A stretch of DNA of 63,625 bases, the filler included. It is 9 parts of 9 records of this genome, joined end to end, with 100 filler letters (N's around TTAATTAATTAA, not from the genome) between each part and the next. Parts side by side here need not be neighbours in the genome. Positions count along the whole stretch, not along the records: positions 29,819 to 35,705 come from SRR31147125_54325; positions 35,806 to 41,710 come from SRR31147125_54340; 7 more parts are not named here. One strand, given 5' to 3'. The notes under the pieces were generated by a model. It did no database searches and had not been told where the DNA came from. It saw nothing but the letters and a program-made list of their open reading frames with translations. This document shows, piece after piece, positions 30,218 through 39,220 of the stretch (the stretch's first letter is position 1; each line of letters begins with the position of its first letter). Made by a program: the position numbers and the translations under genes.

Positions 30218-30595
30218 TTATAGCATTGTCTCGGGAGGAAACAACTCCTGCCAAGTCAGCTTGCTCCATGTTTCATTCAAATCGGAAAACTTTTTCAATA
30301 TCTCTTTTCTCGACTCCTCAGAATCTATCAGGGGAGTTCTGGAGAAATAATTTGTCAGTGCGTTCAGCCGTTTCATAGCCAGATTGTGGGCGGCCTGCTC
30401 GGAAATCATCAGTCTGATTCTGAACGAGATCCGTTTCTTCCAGGATTCCGGAGCATGTCCGGTGTGGATCAGGAAGTCCGAATCTTCATGTCTGTTATGA
30501 GTCATCAGATGCAGCATTTTTTCCGAGTACCATTTCAGCAGCAGAACGCTTACACTGAAAACTACTACGAACGCGGCTAAAACAGCGAAAAACAT
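30218..30595 (-). CDS. Small N-terminally membrane-anchored hypothetical protein in the ABC operon
   Basis: Hydrophobic first 22 aa followed by an amphipathic helical domain. Tightly packed after the permease. Confidence 0.7.
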   Translation of the reverse strand: MFFAVLAAFVVVFSVSVLLLKWYSEKMLHLMTHNRHEDSDFLIHTGHAPESWKKRISFRIRLMISEQAAHNLAMKRLNALTNYFSRTPLIDSEESRKEILKKFSDLNETWSKLTWQELFPPETML

Positions 30596-30607
30596 AGGCT
30601 CATTCCG

Positions 30608-31711
30608 CTATCGTTTGTACGGGTCCGCTGCGTCTCGCAGTCCGTCACCAAGGAAGTTGAAGGCCAGGACCGTCAGGAATATGGCAAGTGCGGGAAGCAG
30701 CAGCCATGGTGCAACCGCAATGGCATGGATATCCCTTGCTTCATACAGCAGCGCACCCCAGCTTACAACCGGCGCTCTCAATCCCAGACCGATAAAGCTC
30801 AAGGCTGTTTCTCCCAGAATCATCTGGGGAACCCATAATGTCAGAGAAACGATAATATAACTGAGAAATGACGGTATCAGATGGCGTGAGATGATAGTCG
30901 GTGCCGATGCTCCCGAAATCTTCGCCGCCAGAACGTAATCTTCCTCACGCAGACTCAGCAGTTTTCCGCGTATAACTCTTGCCAATCCCGTCCATCCGAT
31001 GACGGACAAAATAAGGGTAATGCCGAAATATATTCTTAACGGAGGCCATGAAGACGGCAGGGCCGCAGCCAGCGCCATCCAAAGCGGCAGGGTCGGAATG
31101 GAACGAATGAATTCGATAATACGCTGTATCACAAGATCATATGTTCCGCCAAGATAGCCGGATATACCTCCCATAATCAGTCCGAAAATAAAAGTCATCA
31201 CCAGCCCGATCATACCGATAGATAATGAAACCCTGGTACCGTACAGCACCCTCGAAAGCATATCCCGACCGAGACCGTCTGTCCCGAACATGTGGAAATA
31301 CCCTTCCTTTACCCCGAAAAGATGCAGTTTAGCAGGAATAAATCCCCACAGTTTGTATTCATCTCCCTGCATAAATATGCTCAGTTCGTATTTCTGCTCT
31401 TTATCTATGATGAAGTGCAGTTTCAGCGTCTCCATATCACGTTCGGTTTTGTATCCGTAGACAAACGGTCGCAGCTGGAATTTTCCTTCATCCACTAACC
31501 GAATCCGCTGCGGCGGAGCATAGATCAGATTGGTATTTCTTGTCATGGAATGATACGGTGACAAAAATTCACAGAATACCAGAATGATGTAAAATATCAC
31601 GAGCATTACCAGACCGATCATTGCCAGTTTATGTTTTTTCAGCTTCAGCCACATTAACCTGGACTGTGAAGCTATTTCATAATGTTCTTCATGTTGTTTT
31701 TTAGTTTTCAT
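30608..31711 (-). CDS. Family-5 ABC transporter permease (OppC/DppC-like)
   Basis: FGTDGLGRDMLSR, EEDYVLAAK..GAS, ETALSFIGLG, GDGLRDAADPY. Confidence 0.93.
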   Translation of the reverse strand: MKTKKQHEEHYEIASQSRLMWLKLKKHKLAMIGLVMLVIFYIILVFCEFLSPYHSMTRNTNLIYAPPQRIRLVDEGKFQLRPFVYGYKTERDMETLKLHFIIDKEQKYELSIFMQGDEYKLWGFIPAKLHLFGVKEGYFHMFGTDGLGRDMLSRVLYGTRVSLSIGMIGLVMTFIFGLIMGGISGYLGGTYDLVIQRIIEFIRSIPTLPLWMALAAALPSSWPPLRIYFGITLILSVIGWTGLARVIRGKLLSLREEDYVLAAKISGASAPTIISRHLIPSFLSYIIVSLTLWVPQMILGETALSFIGLGLRAPVVSWGALLYEARDIHAIAVAPWLLLPALAIFLTVLAFNFLGDGLRDAADPYKR

Positions 31712-32693
31712 AGCCTAACTTTATCCTTGGGTCCAGAAGAACCAGCAGAAGGTCTGATACGAATGTACCTACAACGGTCAGAATACTCAGCAGGAATACG
31801 AATGACCCTGCCAGGTACATATCCTGGCTCTGAAGAGCTCGCAGCAGTACTGATCCCGTAGTGGGAAGGTTCAGCACCATTTCAATTATCGGTGCACCGG
31901 AAATGATGGCCGCCAGCTGCCAGCCTATCGTGGAAACTACCGGATTCAAGGCAATGCGGACCGGGTATTTCAGCACAAGCCTGGATTCTCTCAATCCTTT
32001 GGCTCGTGCGGTAACCACATATTGTTTTCCCAGCTCATCCAACAGCATACCGCGCATAATACGGATAGTTCCGGCAATACCTGCCGCTCCCATGACAAAA
32101 ACCGCTATCCAGACATGCTGCAGCATATCCCAGAATTTCGCCCAGCTCATGGGTTGGTTGAGAAATTCGGGTGAATTCAATCCCCCCGCATCAATTCCCA
32201 ACAAGTAGGCCAGGTAAAGCACCCCCAGAGCCAGAACAAACCCCGGCAGCGCCAGCCCGAAATAGCCTAATGAGGTGAAAACGAAATCACCTACCGAATA
32301 TTGCCTGAGAGCCGAATAAATGCCTATCGGTATGGCAATAAGATATACGAAAAAGAGCGTTGTCATACCAATGGCAATCGTTATGATCAATCTATCCCAA
32401 ATTACATCGCTGACCGGCATCCCCCATTGAAAGGATCGGCCGAAGTCACCGCGCAACACTATATTCTTAATCCAAATGAAATACTGCACATAGAATGGTT
32501 TATCCAGACCATACTGCGTACGCAGAGCTTCTACTTCTGCAGTACTTACGGTAGTACCCGACGCCTCAAGCCGTAAAATATAGGATGAGAGAAAATCACC
32601 GGGAGGAAGCTGTATCAGGAAAAATGAAACGACCGAGACAAGGGCTATAATAATCAGCATATGTATCAATCGTTTTCTGATATATGAAAACAT
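31701..32693 (-). CDS. Family-5 ABC transporter permease (OppB/DppB-like)
   Basis: QLPPGD, YGLDKP, GDFGRS, YVVTARAKGL, QDMYL, LDPRI. Confidence 0.93.
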   Translation of the reverse strand: MFSYIRKRLIHMLIIIALVSVVSFFLIQLPPGDFLSSYILRLEASGTTVSTAEVEALRTQYGLDKPFYVQYFIWIKNIVLRGDFGRSFQWGMPVSDVIWDRLIITIAIGMTTLFFVYLIAIPIGIYSALRQYSVGDFVFTSLGYFGLALPGFVLALGVLYLAYLLGIDAGGLNSPEFLNQPMSWAKFWDMLQHVWIAVFVMGAAGIAGTIRIMRGMLLDELGKQYVVTARAKGLRESRLVLKYPVRIALNPVVSTIGWQLAAIISGAPIIEMVLNLPTTGSVLLRALQSQDMYLAGSFVFLLSILTVVGTFVSDLLLVLLDPRIKLGYEN

Positions 32694-32723
32694 ACGTGGT
32701 AATCCTTAATTTAAAAATAATAT

Positions 32724-32754
32724 TGCCGGTCATGGCATTATACCATGACCGACA
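32724..32754 (-). terminator. Stem-loop after the binding-protein gene
   Basis: TGCCGGTCATGG/CCATGACCGACA stem between the SBP gene and the permease gene. Confidence 0.55.
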
Positions 32755-32763
32755 GAGAAAAGG

Positions 32764-34803
32764 TTAGTTGCTAAAGAAGAATGTCTCACCTACGTAAGGC
32801 ATAAAGAAGTTTGAATCTGAGGTAAATACACCTTCGTATGGTGCGTTTACGAGATCAGCATCGAAAACAACTGTATTCGGGACAAGGCCTACAGTACCGA
32901 TCTGATAGAGATTCTCCAGGTTTCTGGTTACGATATTTTTGGAAAGTTCCATGTATTTATCGCTTCCGATAACTTCCTGCAGTCTCTGTTTGTTCCATTC
33001 GAAGAGTTCCTGAATCTGTGCAGGAGGCTCTTCACCGTCGGTTTTACCGGATCTCCACCAGGTTTCCCAAGGTGTCATAACTTTGGCCTGCCATGGCGGC
33101 TGTGACCATTCTGAATTGATGTAGAGCGACATTTCAGTCTGGAAGTCTCCGCCCCAGGTTACGATTGCAAGGTCATTTCCTGCACGGCGTTCGAAATATA
33201 CGGAAGGTTCAAGTTCTTTGACTTCCATCTTGATACCGATAGCTTTCCAGTATTCGGTTGTCAGCTCAACAGCCTGTGATACGTTATCGGACCATCTCCA
33301 GTATTCGTGTGGAATAGCAAGAGTTGAACCATCGGGTCGCAGTCGGTATTCACCGTCAGCATCCCATTCAAGACCCATTTCATCAAGCAGAGCGTTGGCA
33401 GCATCGGGATCGTATTCTGCATAGTAGTCATTCATCCAGGGTTCGGCATAACTAGTCTGGGGAATCGGACCCAACTGTCTCGGCAGTCCCTGTCCGAGGA
33501 ATGCCACGTCTCTCAGTTCTTCCCTGTTCAATGCAATTGACATAGCCTGTCTCAGGCGAACGTCTGACATAATTTCGGTAAGACCGGGATCGGTCGGCCA
33601 AGTCAGGTTAAATGCAAATACAAGGTATGAACCTTTTACACCATTACCGAGAACCGTTCGGTAACCGCCCTTCTCCTCATTTTCCTTGAACATCGGAAAG
33701 TCGGTCAAAGAGAGGTCTTTGGTTGATACGGTATAGTCGCCATTCATGGTTCCGATTGTCTTTGAATCGGTATTCTGAACTACAATTCTGTGCATTTCAT
33801 CAATGTAAGGCAGCTGATTACCTGCTACGTCGACTTTCCAGTAGTAGGGGTTGCGTTCGAAAAAGCGGTTTCCTGCAGTATCAATACTTGCCCAAACCCA
33901 GGGATTCAGGACGGGAAGTTCAATATTAACCTGCTTCTGACCGCCGCCTTCTCTGGTTGATTTATCCCTGAAAAGTTCAACCCAGCCTTCATAACCCTCT
34001 TTTTTTGCCAGTTCATCAGCATCGGGATTATAGTTGATATGGAATTGTTTCAGGTGATGGGACGGTGCAATCGGATCATTCAGAGTAAATGACATTGCAA
34101 TTTTTGTGGTGATGGTCGGGTTCGGAAGTGCAAAATCGAACTGTGCCGTATAATCATCAATCTTTGATACGACTACCGGTTCTCCGCCTACAATCCAGAA
34201 TGAAAGTGCTGCAGGATCAAGAATACCGTCAACCGAATACATGTCTTCATACCAGAACATGATATCATCAGCCGTTACCGGTTCACCATCGCTCCAGCGC
34301 ATACCTTCACGCAGTTTGATGATCAATGTATTGTTACCGTTGGTGAATTCACCCGATTCAACAACATTGGGGTAAACCGTAGCCAAGTCCGGAAGATAGG
34401 AGAAAAATTTCTGTTCGCGGATCGTTGACAGATCCCAGCCTTCTTCAGTTGGAGTTGTTGCCGCACCACGCAGGATACCGCCGTAACTACCGACTGCTTC
34501 AGTTGCCTGAACTACCATCGGACTGCTGCTGATACGTTCCTCCACCGGATCCAAGTCTCCGCTGTCAACCAGCGCTTTCAGTTCAGGGGCTTCACCGAAT
34601 TCCGAAATTTCCATTCCGGTTACAGCGGCAAATTCAGCGGGAGAGTTATAAATAACAATTTCTCCGGTGAATTCCACCTGACTTTCCACGGCAGCTGCAG
34701 TACTTTCAGCGGTTTCTTCCTCCTGACCGCCTGCAGATACCGACATCGCCAGGGCGATGATCAGAACCATTGCAACAAGAAAAATCTTAGTGACTCTTTG
34801 CAT
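32764..34803 (-). CDS. Family-5 ABC substrate-binding protein (peptide- or oligosaccharide-binding)
   Basis: Spirochaete-style signal SAGGQEE, EAPEL..LV..G.L.PVEER, LREGMRWSDGEP.TADD, RNPYYWKVD.AGNQLPYID. Confidence 0.92.
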   Translation of the reverse strand: MQRVTKIFLVAMVLIIALAMSVSAGGQEEETAESTAAAVESQVEFTGEIVIYNSPAEFAAVTGMEISEFGEAPELKALVDSGDLDPVEERISSSPMVVQATEAVGSYGGILRGAATTPTEEGWDLSTIREQKFFSYLPDLATVYPNVVESGEFTNGNNTLIIKLREGMRWSDGEPVTADDIMFWYEDMYSVDGILDPAALSFWIVGGEPVVVSKIDDYTAQFDFALPNPTITTKIAMSFTLNDPIAPSHHLKQFHINYNPDADELAKKEGYEGWVELFRDKSTREGGGQKQVNIELPVLNPWVWASIDTAGNRFFERNPYYWKVDVAGNQLPYIDEMHRIVVQNTDSKTIGTMNGDYTVSTKDLSLTDFPMFKENEEKGGYRTVLGNGVKGSYLVFAFNLTWPTDPGLTEIMSDVRLRQAMSIALNREELRDVAFLGQGLPRQLGPIPQTSYAEPWMNDYYAEYDPDAANALLDEMGLEWDADGEYRLRPDGSTLAIPHEYWRWSDNVSQAVELTTEYWKAIGIKMEVKELEPSVYFERRAGNDLAIVTWGGDFQTEMSLYINSEWSQPPWQAKVMTPWETWWRSGKTDGEEPPAQIQELFEWNKQRLQEVIGSDKYMELSKNIVTRNLENLYQIGTVGLVPNTVVFDADLVNAPYEGVFTSDSNFFMPYVGETFFFSN

Positions 34804-34961
34804 ATGAATCTCCTTTTAATAACTTTGTATTTATGTTACCGCGAAAGCGACAAATCACAACCAACAATATTACTCTAATGGTGGATTATAATGCGCAGTA
34901 GTATCGCTGAACAGGAAAACCATACTTGTAGATTGAATACGCTAAATATTAGGATGGACAT

Positions 34962-35003
34962 AAAAAAAAACCGGTTATGGATCAACTGCGGACCCATAAC
35001 CGG
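34962..35003 (-). terminator. Intrinsic terminator after the upstream SBP paralog
   Basis: CCGGTTATGG/CCATAACCGG stem followed by U9 on the minus strand. Confidence 0.75.
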
Positions 35004-35019
35004 AAGAATATACAGTTAA

Positions 35020-35705
35020 TTACTGCTGTTTCTCAAAGAAGGTTTCACCTGCATATGTCATGAAAAAGTTAGCATCACCGGTAAATACACCGCTTGTCGG
35101 AGTATTACCCAATTTGTTGTCAAAAACAACCGTGTTCGGAACAAGTCCGACAGTTCCGATCTGGTAGAGACCTTCCAGATTTCTGGTTGCAATCTTTGTA
35201 GAGAGATCCATATATGCATCGGAGCCGATGACTTCCTGCAGTCTCTGTTCATTCCATTCAAAAAGTTCAATAATTTCTGCAGGAGGCTCAATACCATCTG
35301 TCTTGCCTGATTCCCACCAAAGCTGCCAGGGAGTATTGATATTTGCCTGCCAAGGCGGCTGTGACCATGTAGAATTCACATAAAGAGCTATTTCAGTCTG
35401 GTTGTCTCCACCCCAAGTGATGAGAGGCAGATCGTTACCGGCACGCCGTTCAAAATAGATGGATGGTTCCAGCTCCTTGACATCCATCTTGATACCGATA
35501 GCCTTCCAGTATTCGGTAGTCAGTTCAATAGCCTGAGCAACATTATCCGACCAGCGCCAGTATTCATGCGGAAATGTGAATGTTGTACCGTCGGAACGCA
35601 GTCTGTATTCATGCTTTGCATCCCATTCCAGTCCCATCTCATCCAGCAGTTCGTTTGCTTTTGCCGGGTCATATTCGGCATAATAGTTATTCATCCAGGG
35701 TTCGG
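35020..35705 (-). CDS. Second family-5 substrate-binding protein, C-terminal part (5' truncated)
   Basis: By eye about three-quarters identical to the C-terminus of 32764-34803. Confidence 0.92.
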
Positions 35706-35805
35706 NNNNNNNNNNNNNNNNNNNNNNNNNNNNNNNNNNNNNNNNNNNNTTAATTAATTAANNNNNNNNNNNNNNNNNNNNNNNNNNNNNNNNNNNNNNN
35801 NNNNN
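35706..35805. other. Artificial contig linker
   Basis: N-run + TTAATTAATTAA + N-run. Confidence 0.98.
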
Positions 35806-36225
35806 GAAAAAACAGCTGAAGAGATAAAAGTTAATGTTGCTACTGCTGTAAATGAAACTGAGGAGTTAGAGTTTGAGGTAAGAGGTAGAAATATACTAAA
35901 TGGATTACCTAGAAATGTAATAATTAAATCAGGAGAGATAAAAGAAGCTATAGAGGAGCTAATTCTTCAGATTATTGAAGAGATAAAAGTTACTCTTGAA
36001 AAAACGCCACCAGAACTTGCAGCAGATATATATTATAAAGGAATTGTATTAGCTGGTGGAGGAGCTATGATTAGGGACTTAGATAGAAAAATATCTGATA
36101 GTTTGAAAATCCCAGTTATGTTAGCTGAAAACCCTTTACAATGTGTTGTAAATGGAATTGAAATACTTTTAAATGAATTTGATAAGTATAAAGAAGTAAT
36201 TATTTCACCTGAAACTGACTATTAA
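35806..36225 (+). CDS. mreB: Rod shape-determining protein MreB, C-terminal part (absent from the ORF track)
   Basis: Manual translation EKTAEEIK...VRGRN..NGLPR...LEKTPPELAADI...GIVLAGGGA...AENPLQCVVNG...ISPETDY*. Confidence 0.93.
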   Translation, partial: EKTAEEIKVNVATAVNETEELEFEVRGRNILNGLPRNVIIKSGEIKEAIEELILQIIEEIKVTLEKTPPELAADIYYKGIVLAGGGAMIRDLDRKISDSLKIPVMLAENPLQCVVNGIEILLNEFDKYKEVIISPETDY

Positions 36226-36248
36226 AATAATTTGTCTGAAATATTTGA

Positions 36249-36278
36249 AAAACCCTTGATTTTCAAGGGTTTTCTTTT
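36249..36278 (+). terminator. Intrinsic terminator after mreB
   Basis: AAAACCCTTGA-TTT-TCAAGGGTTTT followed by CTTTT. Confidence 0.7.
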
Positions 36279-36309
36279 AGCTTTCGATTATATTTGTGAG
36301 GATGTATAT

Positions 36310-37953
36310 ATGAAAAGATTATTTGTTTGTTTTATGTTAATTAATGCACTAGTTTATTCGAAAACCCTAATGTTAGCAAACGGTACGTTAAAGCTGAATT
36401 ATTCTGATGGGAATAGTGGAATTACGAATATAATGAATATGGCTGATGGAACAACTTACATCACTCAGATTAGAGAAGGGATATATATAAATAATCGATT
36501 TATGTATCCAACAAAAACTGAGTTGAATTATGTAAAGGGAACGGGTATAATTTCTGCAATAAATTATTATGAAAATGATATTCAAACGAATCAACATATC
36601 TATATGACTGATAGAAGAAATCTGATATATTTGGAAAATAAAGTAAATAATCCACAAGGTCAAGTAATTCATATATTTTATAAAATAAGTCCAAATATTA
36701 AAATGGGACGACTTGATATAGTTGAAAAAAATTATAAATATGAAGATTTTTACTTTTCTATTTCTAATGAAAAAGATATATATTTTGCAGGAGAGAGTGA
36801 TTTAATAAATTTAAGTCTAGCTCCACTGGGAATAAAAAGGATAAAAAAACCTGAAAAAGATATAGTACTGTTTTTTGAGCCTGAAAAAGGAAGTAAATTG
36901 ATACTATCGCCACTAAAAATAAATAGTAGCTATTTTGAATACAGTGTTACTGATGAATTAAGAACTTGGGAAACTTGGTTAAAGCAAGAGAAAGGTGAGC
37001 AGCTTAAAAGAAGTTTAATAACTTTGAAAATGCTTCAAAACAGGGATGGCTCAGTGTTTAGTTTTGATAGAAAACGTGAGAGGCTAAAAGCTGATGAAAT
37101 GTTATATGTTGCAGAAGCTTTTACTAATTTAGGTTATTATGATAATGCCAAAAGAATTCTTACATATTTTCTAACAGGAAATAAAAACGAGAATAGCGAA
37201 TACCTAATTTCTAGTTATGAATACTCTAAATCAAAAGAAGAAATTTTTAAAACAGATAGATTTGGGAAGATTAAATCTTATTATAACTCTGCGCTTTATC
37301 TATATGTTTTCTCAAAATATATTAATAAAAGTGGTGATACTGCTTTCTTTAATGTTAATGGAAAAGAGTTAGAGACTAGAGTGTATAATTACATATTATC
37401 TAAAATAAAAAATGGAGAGCTTGAAGGAGATAGTGGAATTGCGGAAAGTGGTAACTATAAAAAAAATATCGCTACGTATTCCATGGTTTACTTGGGTCTA
37501 ACTGAATATAAGAAACTTCTAGAGGAGGATAACAACTCTGATAGTTTGAAAGAAATAGATGAAACTATAAAAAGTTTTGAATCATATTTCAGATTAAACT
37601 TTATAACAAATGAAAAGCTGAAAAAGAGTATTGATAAATTTGAAACACCTAAACTTAAAGAAACCCATTATTTAAATCAAGGCTTAGTGAGAAATAATAA
37701 TGAGTACAAAATATTAATTAGAAATCTAGTGAGAGAATATTGGAGTAGTGAAGATTTGAGCTCAGTAAATGAGCTAGAGTTTATTAAAAAATTAGAATTA
37801 ATAAATTACTCAAATACACTAAGAAAAAGAGTAAGTGATTTGAATAAAAAAATGGAAGAAAAAAATAATCTATTTTTAAATAAATATAACGAAATTGATG
37901 TAGAAGCAACTGCTAAATATTTACTTTTACAAGAATTTTTGGAGGAGAAATGA
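36310..37953 (+). CDS. Secreted hypothetical protein with degenerate GH15-like six-hairpin features
   Basis: GAGG RBS and signal-like MKRLFVCFMLI. Segments WETWLK, LKRSLITLKMLQNRDGS, AEAF..LGY...AKR...YF and GDSGIAE. Confidence 0.6.
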   Translation: MKRLFVCFMLINALVYSKTLMLANGTLKLNYSDGNSGITNIMNMADGTTYITQIREGIYINNRFMYPTKTELNYVKGTGIISAINYYENDIQTNQHIYMTDRRNLIYLENKVNNPQGQVIHIFYKISPNIKMGRLDIVEKNYKYEDFYFSISNEKDIYFAGESDLINLSLAPLGIKRIKKPEKDIVLFFEPEKGSKLILSPLKINSSYFEYSVTDELRTWETWLKQEKGEQLKRSLITLKMLQNRDGSVFSFDRKRERLKADEMLYVAEAFTNLGYYDNAKRILTYFLTGNKNENSEYLISSYEYSKSKEEIFKTDRFGKIKSYYNSALYLYVFSKYINKSGDTAFFNVNGKELETRVYNYILSKIKNGELEGDSGIAESGNYKKNIATYSMVYLGLTEYKKLLEEDNNSDSLKEIDETIKSFESYFRLNFITNEKLKKSIDKFETPKLKETHYLNQGLVRNNNEYKILIRNLVREYWSSEDLSSVNELEFIKKLELINYSNTLRKRVSDLNKKMEEKNNLFLNKYNEIDVEATAKYLLLQEFLEEK

Positions 37954-38483
37954 AGATATTAAACGAAATTGAAGCGATACTTTTTTTGAAAGGAAAAGAG
38001 TTAGAAATAAAAGAATTGCAGAATTTCTTTAAACTACCAGAACAGGATATACTCGATTATTTGAAAACTTTAAAAGATTTGAGAGCTGATAGTGGTTTGA
38101 ATATAAGAATAGAGAGCGATAAGGTTAGCATGATAACGAATCCTCAATATGGGGAGATTGTTTATAATTACTTTAACCCAAAGGCAAAACCCAAAAAATT
38201 AAGTAGAGCAGCACTGGAGACTCTAACTATTATTGCATATAATGAGGCATTGACGAAATCTGATATTGAGAAAATTAGAGGGGTAAATGTTGATGGAGTA
38301 GTAAATACTCTAGTTGATAAAAAACTTGTAAAAGTCGTAGGGATAAAGGAAAGTATGGGAAAGCCAAAGCTTTATTCAGTAACTGATGAGTTTTTAAAAT
38401 ATTTGAATATTAACTCAATAGAAGAACTGCCAAATTATGAAGAGGTGACAAATGCAAATGCAGGAAAAGATGAGAATAAATAA
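37950..38483 (+). CDS. scpB: SMC-Scp complex subunit ScpB
   Basis: IEAILF, LSRAALETLTIIAY, IEKIRGV, G.P.LY.VT.EFLKY. Confidence 0.95.
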   Translation: MKILNEIEAILFLKGKELEIKELQNFFKLPEQDILDYLKTLKDLRADSGLNIRIESDKVSMITNPQYGEIVYNYFNPKAKPKKLSRAALETLTIIAYNEALTKSDIEKIRGVNVDGVVNTLVDKKLVKVVGIKESMGKPKLYSVTDEFLKYLNINSIEELPNYEEVTNANAGKDENK

Positions 38484-39165
38484 ATATCTTTCTCAAGCTG
38501 GAGTTGCATCTAGAAGAGAAGTAGATAGATTAATAGATCAAGGGAAAATTTACGTTAATGGAAAAAAAGCTGAATCGGGAATGAAAGTTTCATCAGAAGA
38601 TGAAATAGTTGTAAATGATAAAAAAGTGGAAACATTAGAAAAGAAAGTTTATTTTTTATTAAATAAACCTCAAGGTGTAGTAAGCGCGGCAAAGGATTCG
38701 AGAGAAAAAACAGTTGTTGATTTAATAGATTGTAAAGAGAGAATTTATCCTGTTGGGAGACTAGATCTTGATACAGAGGGTTTACTCATTCTAACGAATG
38801 ATGGAGATTTATATAATAAAATAATACATCCGAGGGCAAAAGTTTATAAGAAATACTATGCTAAGTTAAGTGGGAAAATTGGTGATAGAGCCCTAAATAA
38901 ATTAAAAAATGGAGTGGAGCTTGAAGATGGTTTAACACTTCCCGCAAGAGTGAAACTATTAAGTAGAGAAAATGATTTTTCTGAAATAGAGATTAGTATT
39001 CGAGAAGGAAAGAACAGGCAGATCAGAAGAATGTGTAAAGAGGTAGGTTTTTCAGTAAAGTTTCTAAAAAGATTAGAACTTGATAAGCTAGGACTTGGGA
39101 GTTTAGCCACTGGAGAGTATAGACAACTTAGTCAAAAAGAAGTTACATACTTAAAATCTTTGTAG
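38452..39165 (+). CDS. rluB: rRNA pseudouridine synthase (RsuA/RluB family)
   Basis: S4 domain RINKYLS..GVASRR, LNKP.GV, catalytic VGRLD.DTEGL, EGKNRQIRRM. Confidence 0.85.
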   Translation: MQMQEKMRINKYLSQAGVASRREVDRLIDQGKIYVNGKKAESGMKVSSEDEIVVNDKKVETLEKKVYFLLNKPQGVVSAAKDSREKTVVDLIDCKERIYPVGRLDLDTEGLLILTNDGDLYNKIIHPRAKVYKKYYAKLSGKIGDRALNKLKNGVELEDGLTLPARVKLLSRENDFSEIEISIREGKNRQIRRMCKEVGFSVKFLKRLELDKLGLGSLATGEYRQLSQKEVTYLKSL

Positions 39166-39220
39166 ACTTCTATTTCTGTTTATAGTAAAATATATTCATA
39201 ACTAAATAGGGAGGGATTTT

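Noticed and set aside
34833..34852. TGTTACCGCGAAAGCGACA as a LacI-type operator or GNRA hairpin upstream of the SBP
   Set aside because: Only one half-site matches, the stem is short, and it is a single occurrence.
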